A DNA stretch of 20,000 nt from Patellaria atrata CBS 101060. Taxonomy: Eukaryota. Shown one piece after another: positions 10,897 to 20,000 of the stretch. How positions within the stretch are numbered: the stretch's first letter is position 1; each line of letters begins with the position of its first letter. Below the pieces are notes generated by a model, which had not been told where the DNA came from, did no database searches, and saw only the letters and a list, made by a program, of their open reading frames with translations. Location of the stretch: assembly GCA_010093705.1 (NCBI GenBank), contig MU006104.1:618983-638982 (forward strand). Direction: 5' to 3'. The position numbers and the translations under genes were made by a program.

Positions 10897-11409
10897 TTTG
10901 ACCACAATGAGGTTCAGTGAGAGATGGAAATCTGTTAGTAATGGAGAACCCATACAGAAATATATGTAGGAACTAGCAATAACTCCATAGTTTCGTTAAC
11001 AATGAATAATATTTCCGCTCTCTCTCCATCAAAGTCGAATAGAATAGTATATACACGTTCTCTTTAGAGAAACTAAAAGGATGAGAGGGATCACTCTGGT
11101 ATCTACAATCTCACTACGAGGAAGCATCCAAGACGCTGAAAAGCTCCCGTCACCCAAAATGACACGGGACGCCATGCTAGCCTACCCATAATGACTCCCG
11201 AAGAAATGTCGAAAGATAACAATAATCCACAGATACTCCGATTCTCCAACTTGAAAAACAAGGGATTATCTAAGGGAGTCGTGAAATCCAACCACCCAGC
11301 ATGCCCTCAATCAACCGCATGCATACACAAAAATACCATACGTATCCAAAAAATAAAATAAAGATAGACGTGATTTCCTCCTCACCCACCCACTCATTTC
11401 CGTCCTCCG

Positions 11410-13415
11410 TCACGGCCGCTCCAACAACTCCCTAATCCTGCCGTAAAAGTTACCCGCATAAGCCGCGATCTCCTCCTCATCCGGCATACCCCTATCCTCC
11501 CTAAACCTTTCCGCGACGCGCTGGATAACCTGGCCCAGCAGCTCCTGACTAATAACCAAATCGTCGCCAGCGTCCGGATACAAAAACGGGTCATCGCTCG
11601 CGAGAAGCTGCGGGATTGTCGGTCTGAGCGCGGAATTCCTGTTGAGGCAGGCGCGCAGGGTGCGCTTGAGGCCCCAGGGGACGCGGACGCCCCCGATGCC
11701 GTGGTCCGGGTAGGCGATGGCGACGGCTGGGTTGATGATGGCCATGACGCGGTGGATCTGGTTTGGGATGTGCGCGAAGGGCGGCTTGCCGTACACCATG
11801 CGGTATAGGATGCAGCCGAGACTCCACACGTCGCTCGGTTTGCCGAGTTTCATTATTTTGCCTTCGGGGGCGGATGAGGAAGACGACGGCCCGGAGGTGC
11901 GGCGCGCGTGCACGTTCGTGTCGGAGAGACTCTCGGGGGACATGTAGTTGGGGGTGCCGACGTGGGAGTCGCGGTGCACGTTTACGGTTTGATCGATTTG
12001 GATGGCGTCGGCGATGCCAAAGTCGATCAGTTTGAGGGTTCCTTGAACGGAGACGAAGTTGGCGGGTTTGAGGTCCGAGTGCACGATGTTGTGCTCGTGG
12101 ATCGCGAGGACGCATTCGAGGATCTCTTTCCAGTAGAAGCGGATGAAGGGGATGTCGAGGGCGTGGGTTTCGGGGTCTTGGCGTGTTTTGAGGATGCGGT
12201 CGAGGTCTGCGTCACCCATTTCCATGAGCTGAGGAATATGTTAGTTAGGGGTTCAAGACTATCAGAGTGTGATGACACAGGGAAAGAAACTTCGTTCGGG
12301 TTGAAGAATTGGAGTTATGGTTTGAAATTATGGAAGAATGATATAGTCAAGAACATAGAAAGGACTTGGAATGAAAATGATAATGAACATCTCGATTCGG
12401 GAGAACGGATGACGACCTCAATTAAAGATACGAAGAAGGGAGTATCGATTGGGGGTGGACTCACGAAGCTGAGACAGTCTTTTTTCTCGTCGATTTCCCA
12501 GTCGTATAACCGCACGACTCGACTGACGTTTTCGAGTTTTCTCAAAAGATCAATTTCACCCTTGTACCCACGAACTGCGCTCTCATCTGCATCGGCAAGC
12601 TTCACCCGCTTGAGCGCAAACATTCTACAGTTCTCAGCCATGACCCTGTAGACATCACCACTTCCACCACGACCCAGTTTACCCAGTTGAGTGTATGCTT
12701 TCCCATTTACTACAAACGTGTTCTTTCTTCTTTTCGTCTTCGTGGTGGATGCGCCGGCTGCCACCGTTGCCGTCTCCAGAATTGACATCTTCGGTGGCGG
12801 TGGCGGGGCAGGCCTGTGAGGTGTATTCGTGCTCATAGGTTGTAATGGTACTAGTTTGTCTTCTCGATGTATTTGTATCATGGAATCCTTTGCGCTCTGC
12901 GGTTTCAAGGGCTTAGAGATAGACTCTACTAGCGACGGCTTCCCCGGACTGTGCACCTTCGACACTGACATGGGCAAGTTTTCTTGATCCTGAGACGGCG
13001 GATGATCCTCGTCACCTTGTGGTGTCCGCTTTATTCTCCTCATCGGGGCTCCCCTTAACGGTACCCTTTTGACACGTATTGATGGTGCTGGCGTAATCGT
13101 ATCATGCTTAGGTGTGTTTGATGCCGACGGATTGCGCGATATAACTAGCTTCTTCGGTCTGTCTGGTGACTTGACTTCATTCTGTGCCAACAATGCCTCC
13201 GTATATGCACTCAATTTCATCGGCTGCGGTCTCTCGTCGTCCGAGCTGTCTCCAACATCGAAGCTCTGCAGTGGTTTGGCATTGGCAGAGAAGCCTGAGG
13301 AGTGGCCTAGCGCGGAGAGAGGTGAGTCGCGTCTGACCATTGGTCGCATTGAAGGTTGGCGCGTGATTCTGCCGTTTCCATAGCTAGGGAGTGGTGTGGG
13401 CGATGCGGTGGCCAT
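11410..13415 (-). CDS. MPS1: Mps1/TTK spindle-checkpoint dual-specificity kinase, 589 aa. Exons 13415-12465, 12228-11410
   Basis: Low-complexity Pro/Ser-rich N-terminus, then LGRGGSGDVY, FALKRV, GYKGEIDLL, LMEMG, IVHSDLKPANF, LKLIDFGIA, VGTPNYMSPE and SDVWSLGCILY. HSDLKPANF and GTxNYMSPE are Mps1-family hallmarks. Phase-0 intron 12464-12229 (GTGAGT..CTAAC..CAG). Confidence 0.92.
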
Positions 13416-13982
13416 TTATAAGGTTGTTGTTTGTGGTAGTTAGAGGGTCGGAAAGGGTACTTGTACACAAGAGCGAGTAATTCTGTCCTTTTCTGTCACC
13501 GATCCATAAGTAGCATATAATTTCGTGATATATCCTAGGGGCGAAAGCTGCAAATCGTCATGTAGTTTCGAGGATTGTCGAGGTGTGAAGTTTGCAGTTC
13601 TCGAATCGCAGTGTTCATGTTGCAGAATCGGGTAAAGCTTCGTGATGGTTGCCGTGCGTAACGGAAATAAACAACCCGTTTTGGGCATAGTTCACTCACG
13701 TGCGAACCATACTCGTGATCGCCAAGCTATCTAACTGATGCTGAAGCAAACCGTCATACACTCTTCAATCTTTTACAGACGAAAATAAAGATCATGATAT
13801 TTCCACTGAAGAGGATAATAACAGTGCGCTAGTCTAATGGTCTATCATAATACGGGAGCCACCTACTCAATTCGCAACGCCCAAGAGGATACTATCATTC
13901 TCCAATTCAGACGCCGTACCCAGTGAATGTCCTAGGCTCTTCTCTTGAATTTCCATATATATTGTACACGTTACGAAAAATA

Positions 13983-15347
13983 TTAAAGTTTTGCTTGTGG
14001 AGGTTCGTTTTCAACAGCGACTGCCACAACAACGCAGATATCATCTGGTTTACCGCCACGCCAACCTTCTCTGGGATAATGTTTCTGCACTTCCTTTGCA
14101 AACGGTCCATCACGCTTTTGATTCAGACTTGCTTGCTTCGACTCTCCTGCTATTGCAGTTGCAAGAATCGCTTGAAGAGTTTTATTCGCAGATGTTCCGT
14201 CGTCCCTCAAGTCTGTGAGCTGACGAAGCTTGTCACTCACTGCAGGACCATCTTCGGTATCAACCCAAGCCCTAACGGCAGTCATGTACCGTGTAACGAC
14301 TTTTAAAACGTCTTCTGGACTAAGGTTATCCAGTACACCATCGGTAGCAAATATCAGAATATCACCATGGCGCACAGTGTGGTTTGTGACATCCGCATCC
14401 TTAGGCAATTCGGCAAACGGTTTCGAGTGGCCAAAAACCGCCATTTGTGCTAGCATCTTTGCTGGTATCTTGGATAGCTGGAATGGTGTGTTGAAAGCGT
14501 GAGTTTGAGGTTGGGTAAAGTAACGGACAGCATTTAAGCCAATATGGATGAAGCCAGAATCTCCTAAGCTATCGATGGTCAACATAAAGTACCCCTAAGC
14601 CTCTAGGTTTACTAACTTAGCAACTTCAACTGTACCTGCAGGGTCGGCAACCGCAAGCACTGCAGTACTTCCACCTCCCACAACAGAATCGTCCTTTGAC
14701 ACACGTTCGTATCCTATTTGCAACAAATCTCTTGGGTGTAACCGGCCCTCTTTGAATCCTTCAGGGTACGCGTTGGCTGCGCTAGCCATATAATCGCATA
14801 GGCCGTGTGCAAAATCTGCTGGGTCTATACCAGACTCTGTCCATCCACCAACTCCATCGGCCACACCAAAGGCCATTGAACTTGTTTCGCCAACGCTGGC
14901 CACAAAAAATGCATCCTGACCGCTCTCTGGCCTGTTCGCCTTATCTTTCTTCCCACTAGCAAGTTCTGTTGCGGTCTTTGTAATTCGTACGAAGGGGTTG
15001 TAATTGAAGACGTTTCTGCTGGCGTTGAATCGCCTTCCTTTCGCTGAGTATGATGATGATATCTGATATGTAAACTCTTTGTTAGATCCACTTCTGGGAG
15101 AGGTAGAGAATGGACGAGACATCGGTCTTTGCGCCGGTGAAAAGTCCGATGTTGTACAGAATGAAGGACGTAGGTCAAAAGGCCATGCCAGAGGGCCGTT
15201 AGAAGCGCATAACCATGTAGAGGAATAAGAGACGTATCCCACTAGAGACGTCTTTAGTCTACCAGACAAGTTCGCGAGACCGGTGTAGTTCATCGCCAGG
15301 AGAATAATAGAAGAAAGCGCAATAGATTGAACGAACCCACGCAGCAT
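13983..15347 (-). CDS. PTC7: Ptc7/Azr1-type PP2C-family protein phosphatase, up to 438 aa. Exons 15347-14617, 14568-13983; start could be 15347 or 15293
   Basis: Motifs SGQDAFF, FGVADGVGGW, GGGSTA, VAN/LGDSGF (joined across intron 14616-14569, GTTAGT..TAG), QTHAFNTPFQL, ATDGVLDNL and GGKPDDICVV are characteristic of the PTC7/T-cell-activation PP2C subfamily. Confidence 0.92.
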
Positions 15348-16117
15348 TACGACAGAATGGACATTTTGTAGAAAATCAATTTATTATGTGAATTGAAAGG
15401 ATAGAATTACAGCAAAAGAGAGAGATGGGAAATAGAGTGGAGAGCGGTAGATAGTATTCTTTGTTGTACTTCTTCGAATATCATCATTGTTATGGCCAAG
15501 TTTCTCGTCGCGGGACCTTTACCCGATCGACTTTTAGCGATTATAAATACTTCTATATAGAAAATAAGAGAAATATATTATATTATTAAATAGAAGTTTT
15601 ATCTTATAATAATAAAGATAATAGTTAAATAATAATAAATATAATAATTAATTTTAATTTTAATTTTAATTTTTTTTATTTTTTTAAAATTTTTAAAAAT
15701 ATATTAAATATTTTAATATATTATTAATTTATAAATAATATATATAAATAAATAATATATAAAAATATAATATAAAATATTATTAAATATTATAGAATTT
15801 CTTAATATAAATAATTTATTATAAAAAATATTAAATTAATTATTATTAAATAAAAAATTTATATAATTTATATTTATATTAAATTTAAAAGTTTATTTTA
15901 AATTTTTTTTATATATTTAAATATTATATTTAATTTTTTTTATAATTTTTATAATATTATATAATTAATTAAATTATTTTATAATTATTATTATTTAAAT
16001 TTTCTTTAATTATTAAAATATTATAATTATTTTAATAATTATTTTTATTAATATTTTATTTTATTATATTTTATTATTATATTAAATTTATTTTTATTTA
16101 TATATTTTTCTTTTAAT

Positions 16118-16247
16118 TATTATAATAATATAATATAATTATAATAATTATATTTTAATTATTTTTATTATTAACTATTAAATATTATAATAATATAATA
16201 TAATTATAATAATTATATTTTAATTATCTTTATTATTAACTATTAAA
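16118..16247 (+). repeat. Direct tandem duplication, 2 x 65 bp
   Basis: 16118-16182 and 16183-16247 are identical except T16163 versus C16228. Confidence 0.9.
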
Positions 16248-16282
16248 TATAAAGATTAAATTAAAAAATAATAATATTATAA

Positions 16283-16942
16283 NNNNNNNNNNNNNNNNNN
16301 NNNNNNNNNNNNNNNNNNNNNNNNNNNNNNNNNNNNNNNNNNNNNNNNNNNNNNNNNNNNNNNNNNNNNNNNNNNNNNNNNNNNNNNNNNNNNNNNNNNN
16401 NNNNNNNNNNNNNNNNNNNNNNNNNNNNNNNNNNNNNNNNNNNNNNNNNNNNNNNNNNNNNNNNNNNNNNNNNNNNNNNNNNNNNNNNNNNNNNNNNNNN
16501 NNNNNNNNNNNNNNNNNNNNNNNNNNNNNNNNNNNNNNNNNNNNNNNNNNNNNNNNNNNNNNNNNNNNNNNNNNNNNNNNNNNNNNNNNNNNNNNNNNNN
16601 NNNNNNNNNNNNNNNNNNNNNNNNNNNNNNNNNNNNNNNNNNNNNNNNNNNNNNNNNNNNNNNNNNNNNNNNNNNNNNNNNNNNNNNNNNNNNNNNNNNN
16701 NNNNNNNNNNNNNNNNNNNNNNNNNNNNNNNNNNNNNNNNNNNNNNNNNNNNNNNNNNNNNNNNNNNNNNNNNNNNNNNNNNNNNNNNNNNNNNNNNNNN
16801 NNNNNNNNNNNNNNNNNNNNNNNNNNNNNNNNNNNNNNNNNNNNNNNNNNNNNNNNNNNNNNNNNNNNNNNNNNNNNNNNNNNNNNNNNNNNNNNNNNNN
16901 NNNNNNNNNNNNNNNNNNNNNNNNNNNNNNNNNNNNNNNNNN
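16283..16942. other. Assembly gap (660 N)
   Basis: Continuous run of n. Confidence 1.
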
Positions 16943-19900
16943 TTAATAATTAAATTTTAATTTATAAAAGAAAATATCTATTAATTTATAAATTAATATA
17001 ATTTAAATAAAATTTATTATAAATAATAATTTTAATTAATTATTTTAATAATAATTTATAAAAAATTAAAACTATAAATTTATATATTAATTAATAATCT
17101 TTATATCTTTATTTATCTATAAATAATAAATTATAAATAACTTTTATTTTATTTTTATTAATTTATAAAGTTTATTTATAAATATAAAAATAAATTATAA
17201 ATTATAATTTAATATTATTATCTTTAATATATTATATATTTATTATATATATTTATAATATAGTTTTATAATTATTTTAATTAAAATATTTTTAATATAA
17301 AAAAGTAAAATTATTTTCTTTTTTAATTAATTTATTATTATAAATATTATTTTAAATTTATATATATTTTTAGAAAATAATTTAAAATTAAAGATAATAT
17401 ATTATTAATATTTATTTTTAATTAATAATAATTTTAATAAATTAAAGATTTTATCTTTTAATATATATATTTAATAATAAATATAATAGTTTTAAATATA
17501 TTTATTTATATTAACTATTAATTTAAATTAATAATATTATATTTAAATTAATTCTTTTATTTTCTTAATTTTTAAATATTTTATAATTAATATATTATAT
17601 ATATTTTATATTAAATATATTTTAAAATTATCTATATTTAAAATTATAAATTTATTAAATTTAATAAATAAATTATTTTATAATTTTTAATATCTCTTTT
17701 TAATTTTAATTTATTTTTAATATATTAATAAAAAATTATATTTCTAATTTATTTCTAATATTTAATTTATTAATAAATATATTATTAATAACTTTTATTT
17801 CTAATTAAACTTATTTTAAATATATTATTTTAAATTTATAAATATATTTTCTTTTTTTTTTATTTTATATTTAACTTTCTTTTCTTTTTTAATTATAATA
17901 GAAATTATAAAATAGATAAATATAAATTTTAATTTAAAATTAAAATTAATATATTTTTTTAATATATTATTTCTTTTTATTAAAATTTTAATTATTATAA
18001 ATCTTTAATTTTAAATTTTAACTTTTTTTATTTTTTATAAAAATTTAATTATTATTATTTTAATTATTATTATCTAAACTTTAAATTTTAATTTTAAAAT
18101 ATATTTTTTTATTATTTCTTTTTTAAAGATTATATATTTCTTATTACTTTAAAATATTTTTTTAAATAATAATTATTATTTTATTAAAAGTTAAAAAAAT
18201 ATTATTATTATATTTAAATTAATTAATATTTAAATTTATATTATAATATTTTTATCTTTTATTATTTTTAAATCTTTTTATTTATAAAAAAATATATTTA
18301 TTATAATATTTTAAACTTTAAATTAATATATAATTTAAAAATAAAAATTAAAAAGAGTTTTATTTTATTAAATTTATTTAATATTAAATAATTATTTTAT
18401 AATAAAATATTTTAATACTTTATAATTAAAAATTATAATAAAAGAAATTTATTATAATTTTATTAATATACTTTTTTATTTAATTAATATTTTTATTATA
18501 ATTAATATTTTTTTATTATAAATTTTATATTTTAATTTTATTTTTAATAATATTTTAATTTAAAAGATAATTAACTTTTAAATATATTTATAAAATTATA
18601 ATATAATTATTATAATAACTTTATTATTATAATTAGATTTAACTTTTATTTTAAATAGAAAATTATAATATATTAATATTTAATTTAATAAAATTAATTT
18701 TTTTATTTTTTTAAATATCTTTTTTTCTTTTTATTTAAATAGTTTTTAAATTCTTTTTTATATTTATATTATTAATAATTATATAATTTATCTAAATTTC
18801 TTTAAAAACTTTTAATAAAAGTTATAAAATTTATTAAATAATAAAATTTTCTTTATATTTATTAATAATTTCTAGTTTTAAATTATTTTAATCTTTTTTA
18901 AATTTATTATTATTTTATTAATATTAATAATAAAGTTAAAAATTTTTATCTTTATTATATAAAACTTATTTTTCTTAATATTAACTTATAAATTAATTTT
19001 AATTAATACTTTTAATATTTTTATAATATAAATTTAATATTTTAATAAATATTTAAAATAAATTAATATATTATTAATATATATTATATAAAAATTATTT
19101 AAATATTAAAAAAATATTTTATTAATAAATTATTAAAATAAAATTAAATTATTATATAATTTAAAAAATAATATTTTATATTTAAATAATTTATATTTTA
19201 TTTAAAAGATAATAAAATTTTTAATTAATTTCTTTATTTAAATTTAATAAAATATTTATTTTATATTAAATTTTATAAATATCTTTATTTATTAAAAATA
19301 TATTAATATTTCTTTAATTAAAAATAATAGATATTTATTTTTTTTAATAATATTATTTAACTTTTTATAATTAATATAAAATTTTTAATTTTCTTTTAAC
19401 TTTTTAATAAATAATATTAGAGATATATATAATATTTTATTTAAAATAATAAATATTTTTTAAAAATATTTCTTTAAATAATTCTTTATTAATTATAAAT
19501 ATTTAATAAATATATTATATAAAAAGTTAATAATAAAATTTTTATCTTAATTTAATATTATATTATAATTTATATTTTCTTTAAATAATAATAATTTATT
19601 TAATATAAATTTTAATAATATATAAATTAAATAATAATACTTTTTAAATAATTTTTTATAAATTATTATTTTATAAATATTTTCGTTTTTATTTAAAAAA
19701 TCTTTATCTTTTATAAATTAATTTTATATTAAAAAGTTAATTTTATATAAACTTATAATATTTATAATAATATATTTATATTTTATATTTTATAAATAAT
19801 TCTTTTTATTAATTAAATAAATATTTATATAAATTTTAATAATATTAATCTATTTATTTAACTTTAATTTTAAGTTTTTAAAAAATTTTAATATCTTTTT

Positions 19901-20000
19901 TTTTATTAAATTTAATAGTTTTAATTTTATCTTTTAAAGATTAAAATTAATATTTTTAATTTATAAACTTAATTATTTTTATTAAAATAATTATAATTTT

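Larger units (their letters stand above)
15541..20000. repeat. Extremely AT-rich block, most likely RIP-degenerated transposon/repeat DNA; continues beyond window end
   Basis: Sharp compositional break at ~15541, no ORFs in the track, and only about 0-4 G/C per 60-nt line through most of the block. Surviving C is followed by T and surviving G is preceded by A; I saw no CpA or TpG. The element family cannot be recognised. Confidence 0.85.

Noticed and set aside
12315..12464. Hydrophobic C-terminal tail of the 366-aa ORF
   Set aside because: Read-through into the MPS1 intron, which has consensus donor, branch and acceptor sites.
11591..12651. Long overlapping ORFs 11591-12115 (-) and 11908-12651 (+)
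   Set aside because: Shadow ORFs of the GC3-rich MPS1 exon 2, with the Arg/Pro- or Val/Gly/Asp-biased composition typical of alternative frames.
1..15347. The seven genes as a functional cluster or novel system
   Set aside because: Unrelated housekeeping functions (transport, ER insertase, vacuolar kinase, peptidase, checkpoint kinase, phosphatase) with no shared pathway evident; ordinary gene neighbourhood unless synteny or co-expression shows otherwise.
15541..20000. Mitochondrial insertion, CRISPR-like array, telomeric repeat or an identifiable TE domain in the AT block
   Set aside because: No ORFs, tRNAs, spacer-repeat periodicity or TTAGGG. RIP-mutated RT motifs cannot be told from chance in a two-letter sequence by eye.

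Overview
Eukaryotic (filamentous ascomycete, Pezizomycotina-type) genomic DNA. Positions 1 to ~15,540 are a gene-dense block with short GT-AG introns and CTRAY branch sites, so the supplied ORF track fragments or misses real genes. I reconstructed seven intron-containing genes by hand: a vezatin (VezA)-like gene (minus strand, 3' end beyond the window start), an uncharacterised protein, EMC6 (absent from the ORF track), an Env7/STK16-like kinase, an S9 dipeptidyl-peptidase V-like gene, an Mps1/TTK kinase and a Ptc7/Azr1-type PP2C phosphatase. At ~15,541 the sequence switches abruptly to an almost pure A/T block with a 660-N gap. Its few surviving C/G are nearly all in CpT/ApG, which fits a repeat region erased by RIP. 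I found no convincing evidence of a wholly new biological system. The best leads are possible dual targeting: Ptc7 has a mitochondrial-like leader plus a C-terminal AKL, and Dpp5 has two in-frame starts with a candidate 5'-UTR intron that would remove the signal-peptide start. The near-saturating RIP spectrum is also worth a look. All family assignments come from motif recognition, not database searches.
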